DNA of 63,530 nucleotides, filler included, from Reticulomyxa filosa (GCA_000512085.1; 26 parts of 26 records of this genome joined end to end with filler, not necessarily neighbours in it), one strand, 5' to 3'. Positions 49,554 through 63,490 are shown, counted from the whole stretch's first letter. Notes: generated by a model not told the origin, from the sequence alone. Program-made: numbers and translations.

Positions 49554-51046
49554 TTATAGTGACCTCCGATCAGTTTTTTAAGCTGGATGGGAAAACATTG
49601 TTTGCGCATCTTGCCGAGGCGATGTACTGCCGTTATGGAATTGACTTGAAAAAGGAAAAGTTGGAGATATTTCCGGGCTTTCATCCGCAGCGCAATTGCT
49701 ATTTGTACGCGATGATAGCATTAGACATTGGCGACGAGCAGTTGGCTGGGACGTGTCTAGACTACTACTCAAAGTCACCGGAGATGAACTGGAGGAGCAC
49801 GAGCGTGGCGTATTATTACAGCGACTTGGCATTGACGGAGGGCCTGTTGCATTCCAACCATTGGTACGAAGGCTACAAGCACGCGCTCGAAGGGTGGAAG
49901 CGATCGAAGGTGGTTCCCTATCAGCAATTGGTGTTGGTCGTGATGCTGTCCACAATCCGCATGCTTTGCTTTCAAAAGCGAATTGTGGATGAAGTCATGG
50001 GATATAAAAAGAGCCACAACGAGAAGAGTGGTTCAAAATCCAATGCTAAAGGTGACGATGATGATAATGATAATGATGACGATGAAGATGATGATGATGA
50101 TGATAATGGTGATGACAATGATCATGATGATAATGACAATGAACATGGACATACCAATAAAAAGCGCAAGGTGAAACGTGCATTTCGCAAATTGTTTATG
50201 GAGCGCTTCCAACCCAGTAAACCCATCAATTGCATCTTATTTTATGAAGAAGTGCTGTGTCGCAAGCGGTCTATTTTGAGGGAAAAGGTCAAGTGTTGGC
50301 GAATGTTAGATTTGTGGGAAAAAGGTGTCGTCGTCGACAATTTTATTGTTCGAGATGAGTCGTTGTCTGCTCACAAACAAATTAAACACAAAAAAAAGTT
50401 ACAAAAACAAGTTATGTTACTCACTCGAGCCGCTTTTTATTTCCACGCCGCCAGGTATTATGTCGCGCAGCACAAGTGGCATCACGTTCGGAAAATGCAT
50501 CGAAAAGCTCTCGATGCTGCGCAAACCGTTACGTATATCGACCAAATCGTCTCCCTTTGGCAGCCGTTTGTCGATCAAGCTAAAGAAAAAATCGTCTTGG
50601 ACGAGACGTTGGAGTCCATTTCCAAATTAAACATTGGCAAAATTCGTCCGACCAAATTTGACGATAAGAATGTCCATGCATCTTCGCACTTGCGTGATAA
50701 CAGTGATGACAGTGATGATCGTCGTCCGTCTTTTGTTGTGAGCACTTCGAACAGCAATAAGGATGATGCCACTGACGACGACGACGACGACGACGACAAT
50801 GATGACGATGACGATGACGATGACGATGGTGATGATGATAATGATAATGATGATAGTGGTGATGTTGGTGGTAATGACAGTGGTGACCAGGACATTTCGA
50901 GAAAACATCAAAAAACTGCCTCCGAACATCAACTTTCAAAGGACAAAAAATGCTCCAAGACAAAGTTATGCATCCCCTCCAAGGAGGAAAATACATCACA
51001 ACAAGAAACAAAACAAAAGAAAGAAAAAGGAGCTCCACGAGAATAG
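49554..51046 (+). CDS. Large terminal exon of a helical/TPR-like protein with two poly-Asp tracts
   Basis: About 500 codons open with coding-like GC, preceded by a (TA)n intron. No catalytic motif recognised. Confidence 0.75.
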
Positions 51047-51515
51047 AGTTTAAAGCAAATGCAAGGCTCAAGTATCATCTATTCGTTTGGTGGAGGAAAA
51101 TGATGGAGTGTGCACATTAGAAAATAACAGAGAGGAGGAGGAAGGGGAAGGGGAAGGAGGAAGTAACCAAGCATCAACTTTTTTTTTTTCCTCTCCAATT
51201 GAAAGTGTAGGTTACTGTTCTAAACATTTTCTTTCTTTCACTTTTAAAGTATGCTAAATGCTTCAAAATCCACTACAATTCGATTCTTCTTCCAATTCGA
51301 TCAAGAATTGCATTAAAAAAAAAAAACCATAGCTTGATCATAAAGGATTGCTTGCATCATTTATCAGCTTTTGGATGAATGAAATTTTATGTGGTTATTA
51401 TACAGGCACATAAAATAGAAATTGCAAAAAAAAAAGATGTGAACGAGAAGAGGGAGGTGGGAAGGGAAAGAGGGAAAAAACGAGTGTCTTTTGGACGAAC
51501 GCTTGTTGTGTGACA

Positions 51516-52664
51516 TGGCATATGATCATCCTTTGAAACCTGACGGTGAGAACGAGCAACAAATGTTTGACACCTTCTGTTGGACACCATTATCCGAAGC
51601 ATGGACAATCGAATCTGTAAAAGAGCCAAGTCCGGACGATTTGCGCGTTGAAGAGAGTATCCATGATAATGACCCGAACGAAGAGCAAAGTGTCATCGAT
51701 GTGTTTGCATTTGCAAAGGAATTGGACAAAGAGAATGATATGAATACAGCAAACAAAGAGTCAGTTACAACGACGGACTTTTTTTCGATATTCACGATGC
51801 GCCGTTCGAATCTCCCACTCCTCCTTTGGTTCCGTGCTTCATAACTATATATTTTTTTATATATTACCTCTAGAAAGAAAGGAAAAGATTTTATTTTATT
51901 TATTTTTTTTTTTGTAATGGGTTGTATTTTGAATTGATTCAGTATTGTGCGCCACTATGGCGTGAAGAACAAATGGAGAGGGTGCAATTGCAGCAGTTAC
52001 TTGCTGACATTACAAATCATGGAGAACGAATGCAACAGTTGAATTATCTGTATGAACATTACCAAGTTTAGCATTTTTATGCGATTTATGCAAGAGATAT
52101 GTCATAAATTCATTTCTCGTTGTCTTCAAATGTGTGGTTGAAACGTATACGTTATTGTCATTTAGACCATTAAAGAAAAGTTGATGAAAACTTGGCAAAC
52201 GAGACTATTGAATGGCTCTCAATCGCTGTGTCAATTGAAATCAGGCATACATAAAATGCAAATGCAAGCAAACGCAATTATGTTTGCCATGTGCAGACAT
52301 TACCTGCAACTGTTGGAAAGGCTGAGTCAAGTGTGGAAGTACCCACTGGACTTTGCACAGCAACGGCTCGTCGAGTCGCACCAATCGTGTTGTGATGCCT
52401 TTGAACAAAAACAGAGATCATTTATTCAATGTATGTTCGTTTTCAATTTTAAAAAAAATTGACAACAAAGAAAAAAAGGAAAACAAAACAAAATTGGCAA
52501 CAGGTGTTGCGCAATGCATTGCATTGCAACAACAAGCATCAGTACAAGCAATGATAAATAGCGACTTAAGCAAACAGTTTTCAAAAAATGGTATGCCACA
52601 ACAGACAGGTTTCCAAATGGGAGCAAATGCAACAAGCGATTCCACAAATGGCGGCAGAAGCTGT
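51516..52664 (+). CDS. Hypothetical multi-exon protein, 3' truncated
   Basis: Starts MAYDHPLKPDG. GC-richer exon blocks (about 51516-51830, 51943-52050, 52181-52430 and 52504-52664) are separated by AT-rich GT-AG introns. Confidence 0.55.
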
Positions 52665-53108
52665 NNNNNNNNNNNNNNNNNNNNNNNNNNNNNNNNNNNN
52701 NNNNNNNNTTAATTAATTAANNNNNNNNNNNNNNNNNNNNNNNNNNNNNNNNNNNNNNNNNNNNTTTTCCTTTTATTTTTCCGTTATTTTTCCGTTATTT
52801 TTTTGTTTTATAATAATAGTCAACCGAAACCTCAAAAAATTTTTTGTGAACTTAATTTTCGATCGAACAAAATTTTTTTTTTAGTTTCACTGTTTTTTGA
52901 AAAAGTTTATAGAATTTTAGATGAATGAAAGTATTATATTTTTAGAAAAAAACTCTATTTTTGATGAACGGATGATCAAATTGAGAAATCATTTTAATTT
53001 TTGTTAATTTAAAAAATTGAATAATAAAGGAAAAAAATTAAATTTTTTCACCATGAGCACATAATTAAGTAAGTTTTTTGGAATGTCCAAAGAAATTTTT
53101 TTTTCAGA

Positions 53109-56100
53109 TCAAAAATCATCGACCCACGCCTGCAAGGAAGATGAACTTGGATTAAAATCGATATCAATGGCCTGACAATTGTGAATGGCAAAGCGTAATT
53201 TGTCGCGGCACAGTTCAAAGGAAGAGTAAGGTGGTAAGTCAATACTGAAGAAGCATGTGTGAGCAATTGGCAATGACTCTTCTCCAGCGTTTAAGGCTTT
53301 GATTGTAAAGTTTGTGTTCCAGTCATGTTCAGTTGGAGGTAGTCGATTTCTTCCCCACACAAAGCGAAGGAACAGTTGCCGTTCCTCTTGCGAGAACGCA
53401 TACAACGTCTTCCAGAAAAACTTGACAACGTCAGAGGACGCGGAAAGACCACCTTGGTAGACAGTATGTCTGCGCAGAGCCTCAATGTCAATATTGGGAT
53501 TGCCACAAACCAATACCTCCAAGTCATACCAATTGAACAATGACAACATGCGAACAGGTACAACCTGGTTCAAACCTTTTGAAATCGCTTTCATTTGTTC
53601 GGTAGATTCGTTCAATCTTTTCTTGATTACCAACGACACAAACTCGGGTAGATTTTTCTTTGTCACGTCAATGTTTTTGCCATTTTCTTTCAGCTCAATT
53701 TCCGTGCCGTCACTTAGTTGCGTAGTGAATCTCTCATAGACCACATAATTGAACGACTTTTCGTCAATCTTTTCCAATTCATTCAGCGCCTGCACACAAA
53801 GTTTGTCAATGGCCTCCAAATCGGTCATATCGACTTTTTCATCCGGAAGCAGTTGTTTCCACACAATCGACGGCAGATCAAATCCTAGCGTTTGTTTGGT
53901 GCGAAGTGCAATTCCCATCAGCACACCGACAAACTCATACATGCTCAGATGCAACGAGGACGTGCAAGAGGGATTTGGAATCCACTTTTCTCGATTTAGT
54001 CCGACGCTGTTTCTTCCGTTGGGACTCAGTACAAAGAGTGGAGTGGAGCTGCTTTGCAGATCGCTGACAGCATTGGTCAACGACTCACGATACGGTCCAC
54101 CGACGTCGATCGACCCTTCGCCCACAAATTGGACACTCCACAGTTGTTGGCCTGAATTGCCTCGGAATGTGCTATAACGAGTGTTTTTCAGTTGCGAAAA
54201 CAATTGTCCAAAGGTGGACTTTAAGCCATTGGGATCGTTTTTGGCCTCCCGAGCGCGAGCAGCCTTGATGCGGTTCACAGTGATGCGCGGTTGGTTGCGT
54301 TGATTGAACGTGCAAGAGCTGGCGAGCAATGTATCAAATACCGACTTTTTCGTGTTCATAAAATAGCAGCCTTTCAATGTATGAATTTGTGAAGACAAGG
54401 AGGAAGACGTGGTGGCCACTGCCAGAGATGACGATGATAAAGATGATGATGATGATGATGATGACGATGATGATTTGGCATCTTTCTTGCTTTCTTCCGT
54501 ACCACCACTTCGACTGACAGAGGGAGATGTCTGTGTTCGAGCTAACGCGGATAAAAATGACATGGCAAAGGATGCCAATGAGGTGTTACCGGCACCACCC
54601 TCGTCATCGTCGGAGAATAAGGTGACGTCAATGTAATGCAACAAAGGAGTAACCAGTTTATTCAAGTATTTAATAAGGGCAAAGCGACCTTGCATTTCCT
54701 CATTTTCGGCCACAGTCAATTTTTTGAATCGGTTCAGGTCGTCCTTGTTGGGTGCTAGCATGACCGAGTCCAATGTGATTACGTCCACGCCCAGACGAGT
54801 GGCAACAATTTGCGACATTTCTGTTAGCGCCTCATCCATCGCCAGCGTCCAATTGCCGCACTTGGATTGGATCACCGATTTGAGAGAGTGAATAATCTCG
54901 TTGCGTTTTTTCATCGACTCGTCGGCATCTCCGATCAAGTTGGCCAGAGGGTGACAGCCGTGGATGCAATCGAAAGATATATACTCAATGCTGAATCCGC
55001 CAAAGTTTCCCGTATCTCGCGACACCAACTTTAGTGTGACAAACTTGCCCGACACAGGGGGTCTCATTTTGACATGGGCAGCACTGCCGACTACATCGAT
55101 AAAGGCCACTGGTTCGTGAGGTTTGCGAATGACGACTCCAGCATTGGCATTGCTGTTGATGATAATGGTATTGGCCGTTGTGTTGGAACTTCGCTTGCGA
55201 GCTTCAAAGTTGTCAAAGGCTCGTTGGTCCCAATGCTTGCACCACTCAAACGAGTCAAAGTCGGGGTCATTATTGCCGACAAACACAAAAACGCGGAATG
55301 AGGTAACCGAAGGAGGACAGCGGATACTCACGCTTCGTAGCACAAACTCGACGGGCTCATGACCAGATACCTTAAACGTAATGTTGGTGTTCTCGGGCTT
55401 CATTGAATGAGCACAGGAGGGGTTATCTTGCAAGATCAGATCGGCATTGGCTCCTCGAATGGCGTTCGACTTGACCACCTCGAACCTCATTTTTTGCGAG
55501 TACTCCAAAGAAGCCTCGCTAGCCAGGGCGCTATGGACAATCTTGTCGGGTAATGGCACACGCTTGGTAAGCAGCATGGTCACATCGCTGGCGACTTGAT
55601 AGCGCTTCAGCCATGACGAGGACAATATGCCGGCATGTTCGAATGGGACGTATCCTTCGGAGGGATCGGGGGCGAATGAAAACGCGTCGCTGCCCAGATT
55701 GATGACACATTGGGTGTTTTTGGTTTAAAGAGATGCAAGGGAACAGACCATCCTCGCATTCAATGCCATTGAACACATGACCTTTGGAAACGCCGTCGAA
55801 TAAAAACTCGACAAACTTGTCATCCAAGTTGAGTTTGACGCCGATCACGACACCCGACGTCCAGTTGGGACGTGCCATTTCAAACTTTTCATTTCGAATG
55901 GATTGGATATTGCGACCGCGATGCATGAATGCGGTGTTGGGCTCCACCACGCACCACGTGTTGCCTGTGTTGTCATTGCCAATGCCACTGTTGCTGCGTT
56001 TGCGATAGTTGCGATTAATGAACCCTACGCAAGCGTAATTGCACTGTCCGTTAAATCTGCACTCGTAGTACCACTTGCCCCCTCGCACGCATACGTCGGC

Positions 56101-57251
56101 GACAAAGTCGTCGACGAGATAGCGATTGTGTGGGTCGGGCTTTGTCATCAACGTCCGCGACGTCATGGTCTCTTCGTACATCAGCGATATCATCGTGCAT
56201 TTCGAAGGTCCATCGCGATACTTGGTAAATGCTTGCAACACATTGTCGGGGATTTTATTTTCCGTTATCGTTTTGGAAAGCCATTCCAGTGTCTTCTCTT
56301 TTTCTGCGGTTGTGGTTTCTGCTTTGAATGTTCCTTCGGCGGCAGCAGCAGCATCTTCTGCGTCTTCCTTTGGAATTATACTTCGTGCTGCCAACAACAA
56401 TTCCAACAGCGTTTGAATGTGTGGTCCGGGCAACGACCCGCTGCTCCATTGAGTCAAAGTCCACGTACGTAGTCCTTCGTGCGCTGTCTCCAGATGGTCG
56501 ATGCACTCGGCAATGAGCGCTCGGACTTTCGAGGCTATCTTGTTGTCTTCCAGACGTGGGATGGAGCTCCATTGATTTAAGATGCATGTTGCAATACGAG
56601 CAATGGCTTGTGCCGCCTTGCGGTCGCCTGCGTGCTCCAAGCTGCGCAGTAACTGCAACAGAACGAGGTCCAAGTTGGTTACTTTCGCTGTCAGCATAGC
56701 GTTAATGAATACCAGAGCACTGTAAATGGTGCCTTCCAATACCTCTGCTTCTGTGATGCGGAAATCGCTGCTCAGGTCAATGATAGTGAAGATCACCTCG
56801 GCAGGGGCACATCCATTGTACCAGTTTGTGGATGTGACCGTGTAATAAAACTTGCTTCCTTCCACCACTTGAACGTGCTTGGTGAAGTCAAAAGGACTGA
56901 CGGAAAACTTGGCAAGCAGCTTTTTCTTGTTTTGATCTTGGAAGATTGACACAAATGCGGTGCCGACACTGGCGAGAGAGGGGTCCGACCCAACCACGAT
57001 CTTGAGCTTTTCGGCGCCCGGCCATTCAAATGGCAGCGCCTTCACGTGCGATTCTTCATCGACATAAGGACGATTATATGATCCAAAGCCTCCTCCGGTA
57101 GCGCGTCCATGGACGGGTACAGGCAGACGTCTTGTCGTCGAGCCATCACTATCGTGTCCAATCAAGGAGTCGTCATTTCCTCCTCCTCCTCTTCCTATTC
57201 CTACTCCAGTTCCTATTCCTGATCCTACTCCTGCTAATGTTCTTAATCCCA
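53109..57251 (-). CDS. Giant HECT E3 ubiquitin ligase with a SPRY domain (HERC1/HECTD-like), 5' truncated
   Basis: SPRY GKWYYE...GVVIGVKLNLD..VEF..DG...G.VF..LFPCIS. HECT F.GEG..D.GGPYRE, FLRFVWGR.RLP and catalytic LPIAHTCF..IDLP.Y. The two ORFs join by removing one base from a homopolymer near 55720. Confidence 0.96.
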
Positions 57252-57684
57252 NNNNNNNNNNNNNNNNNNNNNNNNNNNNNNNNNNNNNNNNNNNNTTAAT
57301 TAATTAANNNNNNNNNNNNNNNNNNNNNNNNNNNNNNNNNNNNNNNNNNNNTTTTTTTTTGTGGTTTATTTTTTTTCGTCTGCGCCAGTGCTCATTAATC
57401 AAACAAATAAAAGAATAATAACAATTAAATAAAGTTTTCACCTCAAGATGTGACATTACATGAACAAAGGCTTTTCAGACTTCAGTGACAAAAATTTGCA
57501 TGGACTGCGCATACGCCTTGAAAGTTGGAGAAAAGAGCCCCTTAATCTGATATACCCAAAGCCAAGGCAATCCATTACAAATATTTATCAGTTTGAGAAA
57601 AACCGTACATTTGCAGCCTTTGAGAAAAAAAAGAGACGTCCGAGTCTCGAAACAAAAAAAACCTGAGTATGAATTCCTAAAAGC

Positions 57685-59155
57685 ATGTCCAAGTCTCGCA
57701 AAGGAAAAACTAAAAAGAATATCAGTGACAAAATGTCAAAGCATGTTAAAGACAATGTCCACAAGCAGTTGATCTCTGGCAGAATGTTGTGGTGTATAGT
57801 TCCTTTGCTGGTGGTTGTACTGGGTTTCCTCAACCGTAAGACTCCTCTAGCTTCGGATGGAGCATGCGACAGCAAAGCGCAAGAGTGGTTGAACCACGAC
57901 TTTCCAATGAAAGGTTATCATTTGCTGTGCTTGGGCCAAAAAAAGACATCAATATCACTTACTATTTATTCACCAATGGAGACAACATCAACAACAAACT
58001 CAACACGAACGCTGACTGTTGGAGAAGCGACATATTCCAAAATCACATGGGACATGAATACAAACAATTGTTCATGGTCGTCCTTCCAAGAAATTCGAGA
58101 AGAAGTCAGCCAGAAATTGAATATTAATCCTTCAAAACGAACGAGATGGGGCATGTACAGTAGCGAAGGCAAACAAATAAACGATCTAATGGCTTGGACT
58201 TCATTGCTAAGTAAATGCTGCAACTCCAATAGTATATCATCAACAATGACAACAACAAAGACATTTGCAAATAGCGACGATCAGCTGTTGTTATTGCTGT
58301 TCGAAGGAGGAGTATTTATTTATCCCGGTGTGCGACTAAACTATCAACGCTCAATACGACTCTCCGATAGCAATGTGTACAACATGACCACGTTATCGTT
58401 GCAACCACTAATGTTTAGTGTACATGACTTTATCTCGGAAGTGGAACAGTCACAGCTGATTGACTTAACGCAACAGATGATCCATCAGATGACTCCCAGT
58501 GACGTTGTCGAAAGTGACTCTTACAGGTAAGAAATTTTTCCAATCAATAGCAATAGTTTATTATTATTTGTTATAAAAAAAAAAAGCACGTATACAAAAA
58601 CTTACCTTTTTTTTTTTAAGTCATTGGAGAACATCTTCTACAGCGTGGATCGATTGGAACACAAGTGTGACAAACGATGATGTATCGTATCGAATCGGCT
58701 TGCTTCTAAATATTCCCTTTTCGCATCAGGAGAAAACTCAAGTGCTCCGATATCGAGAAAATGAAAAGTATGGGCTTCACTTGGACTATTTCGATTCTCC
58801 AAACATGCGCTCTGCTAATCGTGTTGCAACTGTACTGTGGTATATGAATGATGTCCCTATCGGCGGACAAACTATTTTCCCTATGCAAAATAATACTGTA
58901 CTTGACAAAATTTATAACTTATATTCCATTCAACAATGCCAAGAATTTCAAAGGACTATTAACGCTTTACTGGTTACCCCTGAAAAAGGTAAAGTTGTCA
59001 TCTTTTACAACTTACAGGCAAATGGGGAGCTTGATGACCATAGTATACATGGATCTTGTCCTGTCGGACCAAATCTCACTAAATGGGCGGCGAATAAATG
59101 GATTTGGAACATACCTCAGCATACTTTTCAATTTCATCGCTCCGGCCTTATATGA
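57685..59155 (+). CDS. Membrane-anchored prolyl 4-hydroxylase (2OG-Fe(II) dioxygenase), 2 exons
   Basis: N-terminal signal anchor. An intron (58527-58620) restores SHWRTSS. QVLRY...YGLHLDYF (HxD), R.ATVLWY.NDV..GG.T.FP, SIHGSCPV and KWAANKW are all present. Confidence 0.94.
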
Positions 59156-60301
59156 ATAAATACATTATCTAATTATTCTTACATTATCTTCTGATTACTT
59201 ATTATTTTTTCGACAAAGTAAGTTTAAATGCAAAAACAGCTTTCAAAGTAAAAATCAGTTTGTGAAAAGAATTTTGGAAAAAGAAGCTCAAGCAACAAAT
59301 AATTGCGCTGCAGTTCAAAAAAAAAATACTGCTAATGGTTAAATCAATTTGTTGATGTTTTGATGACAATTACAGAATATTATTATGTACATCATGCTGC
59401 TTTTTTAAATACAACATTCGAATGACATTTTAACGTTATAAGAAAACTACAATATTTAATATAAGTTGAAATTTTTTTATTTGTTATGTTCGTTTTCATG
59501 TAGGAGAAGCTCCTGTAAAGTAAAAGGGGCTGATGAGCCCCCGGTGGGTTAAACTTCCCCATTCTTCACNNNNNNNNNNNNNNNNNNNNNNNNNNNNNNN
59601 NNNNNNNNNNNNNTTAATTAATTAANNNNNNNNNNNNNNNNNNNNNNNNNNNNNNNNNNNNNNNNNNNNCTTCCCCTTTTTTTTTTTTTTTTTTTTTTTT
59701 GTCCTTTTCTCCCCTTTTTTTTTTACTTCTTTTGTGACTCAACTCAGAAGATGTGCTTGGCGAGTAGTACAATCCTGCCTGTTGCTCTAGTACATTTATT
59801 GGAGGAAGGCCAGTTACCGCATGGCTGGATTTTGTTGTTGTTGTTTGTTTTCGTGTTTTGAGTCAAGGCAATTTTTAACAAGCTTAGTCGTGGTCAATCT
59901 AATAAACTCTCAAACAAAATTGATTCCATTAAACACAATGCTAACATTTTAACCATGACATTGGTCTGGCATGAAGAAGAGAGGTAGAATTTAACCTCCA
60001 TCTAGTATGATCCAGTTTTAATTTAGTATAATTTTGAGATTGCCCCCTTTTTCAAAGAAAGCTCAAGCACCAAATTAGAGTGATCTTCACTACCAATGAA
60101 ATGCAAAAGAAAACATTATGTTCAACTAACGATCTCGCAGTGTAGTAATCACATGTTTTTTTTTAAAATGAGCGACGCCTCTCTTTCCCTTTGGAACAGT
60201 AATTAAAAACTCACAACCATTAAAATAACAAAAAAAACGATAACTAAAGTTTTATCCAGATAAAATCAAAAAAAAGTTCAATAAAATGCAACTGTAAGAG
60301 A

Positions 60302-61190
60302 TTAAAGAGGCACAGTATCATCCGGATGCAATGGAGATGATAAAGAGACAGTTGTGTGTTTCTTAGAGAACTCGCGAATGCGAATTTCAAAATCTTTGAG
60401 ACAAAGAGCGAGTAGGACACTCATCATGGGTCTTTCTTTTTCAAATTCTTTGGCACATGCGCCGACATTGACGACATATTGGTCATTGGAGTGATCATTT
60501 CTTTTGATGAGATCAGTGTCAACTTGAGGAGGGAATAGCAAGTTCCACCCCTTCCATCGCAGCATGGCATCATAAAAATGCCAAAGTTCCAACACTAAAG
60601 TAATTCTTTGATAGCATACGCGACACATGATCCATTGTAAATGCCGGCAATATTTCACCTGGTCAGTTGAAATGGACTGACCAATCTCTTGATTTGATTG
60701 CCCTCGCATGTGTCTGGAGAAAGGCAGCCGATATGGATTTTCAATCAACACACTATGGCCGCGCTCACATCCAACGCAGCCACATAAATCGCACATCGAA
60801 TTCATATAAGCTTCGCAGTACTTTTCGTCAATGTCGTCCTTTGACCAGCAGCAAACCCCCCCCCCCACCCACCCGATATATAACGTCACAATATGACAAA
60901 AGTAAGCTTGCACAAGTATGAGAATCAATGAATAAATGAAGAAATACACAACATAAGTATACATATATTATATGTACCAGATTTTGATGTTTGCAGACGG
61001 AATAAAAGTCGGCTCGCTCTTGCGATACGACGCCGGGTTCTCGTGGGTTAATGATACATGTCCCTTTGATAATGCTGAACAAGATGAAGCGTGACTTTAA
61101 TTGCTGTGGCAAAAAGGAGCTTTTAATTTGATCCCAAAATGATTGCTGGGCTCCTGAACCTCCACGTTTTTGATGTTCACTTTGTTATTC
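60302..61190 (-). CDS. Cys-containing protein C-terminus, possibly Sec2/Rabin8 C-terminal-like
   Basis: LFSIIKGTCIINP...CDLCG...WIMCRVCYQRITLVLELW resembles the NTL.IEP, C.L.G and C..CR.RI..VC.F pattern. Two exons, stop at 60302. Confidence 0.42.
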
Positions 61191-61197
61191 CCGCCCC

Positions 61198-61239
<42 letters not shown>

Positions 61240-62443
61240 TATANNNNNNNNNNNNNNNNNNNNNNNNNNNNNNNNNNNNNNNNNNNNTTAATTAATTAAN
61301 NNNNNNNNNNNNNNNNNNNNNNNNNNNNNNNNNNNNNNNNNNNATTTTTGGATTTGGTGCGTTCGACAAGTGCTAGTAAGAAAACTTTCTACAACGCTTG
61401 ACTCATCTAACCTTTCTGAATTTGGCACTCTTAAATGTATTGCTCATCAAACTTGTGACTATAAACTTTGAAGTTTCTTCATTGCATTCTAAAGGGGCTG
61501 ATTTTTATTTTTTTTCTTTCTCTTTGTCATTGGTCGATTTGAGCACAACCAGTTCTTTTCGACCGACTATCAGCACTAGCAAGTCATATGAAATTGCCTG
61601 GTCAAGTGTAGTCCAAGTCACGTGAGTATTTTATCAATTGTTGTTCATAAAGACGGAGGATTTGTTGTTTTCGTTTGTTGTATACGTGTGGTCTCTTAGT
61701 TAACAAAAAGGGGCCACAAGAATAAAGAAAAACAACGAAACATTGATGGTGAAAAACAAAATGCAATCAATTGCTATAAGAACCACAATGGCAACACAAA
61801 AGACATTTTCAATTTATGTTGTACTTGCAATCTAATAATTCAGATTTATCATTCAAAAGTACGGCAATTAAATTTTTTTTCAAATTTTGTCAACAAGATT
61901 TTTTTTGCTGTAACTAAATATTTTAAGAATTTGTAACGAAGCAGCATTACTGGTAAATATATTCTGTGTTTTTATCTTTTAATGCGCGCCACAATGCACC
62001 TACGTGTTTTATCAGCAATTTGACTCCGTTCCTTTCATCAAATGGACTGTAATCTCTTTCATCGAAAAGCATTGTTTTCATCCAATTGCACAGTATTTCA
62101 TTCCTATTCAATGTATGTTTGAATTTATTCATTGGTTTTTAGAATAAACAAAAGAATCAGACAAATATAAAAAGGATTGAAAGGTAATGAACTAAACGAT
62201 TGAATTCTGTTTGTATGACGAGCCAATGACACAATTACTTGACCAAGTATTTGAACTGCATTTTGTCTTTCTTGTGGATGATTAAACAATGATTGAATGA
62301 TTTCCCATTCATCAAAGCTGAATGCATAACTTTTGACTTCAGGNNNNNNNNNNNNNNNNNNNNNNNNNNNNNNNNNNNNNNNNNNNNTTAATTAATTAAN
62401 NNNNNNNNNNNNNNNNNNNNNNNNNNNNNNNNNNNNNNNNNNN

Positions 62444-63335
62444 TTGTTGTTGTTGTTGTTGCGACAGAAATAAAATGTTCAAATCATCACTGAAGCGTCT
62501 TACGTACTCGCGACTAAACAATTGCAAGCGAACCGCCTTTGGGAAATAGTGTCGAACGAAATGGTCGGGCAATCGATTGCCAAAGTAGCCAAATGGCAAG
62601 CGATAATAGGTATCAAAAAAAGGAAAGGGACAGTACATTTCGCCCGCGCGTTCCAACCAAGCGACATCGCGATCTTGCGAGTGCAACTGCTTGTCCAACC
62701 GATTCAAAGATATGGTTTCATTCTGGTCTAGACACACTAGTAAGGCTTTGTCCAAGTATTGCATGGCAGTATTCGCGTCTACGAATAAGTAGTTGTAGGC
62801 TTCCAACAGATATCGAGTCCCTTGCAAATACACAAAGTCATCTTTTTGCACGCTTCGACCTGCTGCTTGTTTGTTGCCTCGGGCGCGTCGATCGTTTTCA
62901 ATGTCCAAGTATCCCCACAATGGACGCAGTCGCTTCAATGTGCCGTCCCACGCATTGCGGTCGTCGTCGAGATGCAAAGTCGCAATCAACAAGTGCACAA
63001 ACCACGCCTTGAAATTGCTCAAATGAAACGCGTGAAACAAGTACTCCTCGCTAATCTTTTTCCAAGGAATGCCCGAGTTCGCCGCAGTCGTATACGTCAC
63101 GAGATTGCTCATCATCACGTTGCCATTGTCCTCTTGCTTCGGATGGCTGTGCACCACGTCGTCCGACAGCGACACCGACACTCGCGCATTTGGCGGAATC
63201 GACAATGTCTCCGTAAACACCACCAGTCGGTCGCCACGAAGTTCTACTCGGATGTCTTTTATGTCCAACTCCTCGTTGTATTTTATCCCATTTGCTTTGT
63301 CTTCCCACTCAATTCTATCCAATTGCAACCACGTG
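62444..63335 (-). CDS. Hypothetical protein internal exon (beta-rich segment followed by TPR-like helices)
   Basis: About 300 codons open to the gap with coding-like GC and an AT-rich intron upstream. NTAMQYLDKAL is TPR-like. Confidence 0.7.
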
Positions 63336-63490
63336 CACAACATACATTTATATGCATTTAAGTTTTATACGTTTTGTTGTATATTATTATTATTATATGA
63401 CAATACTTATATACATATATATTTTTTTATAAACATTTATGTATATAAGTATTGTCATATAATAATAATATATAACAAAACGTATACGTA

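Noticed and set aside
55700-55740. Programmed ribosomal frameshift in the HECT gene (and at the G-run near 11494)
   Set aside because: Both shifts fall in homopolymers, the typical error of pyrosequencing-era assemblies, and no stimulatory structure is evident.
2920-62443. Regularly recurring TTAATTAATTAA motif as a biological repeat, CRISPR-like array or IES boundary
   Set aside because: It is always centred in exactly 44+44 N. It is a six-frame-stop linker added when contigs were concatenated.
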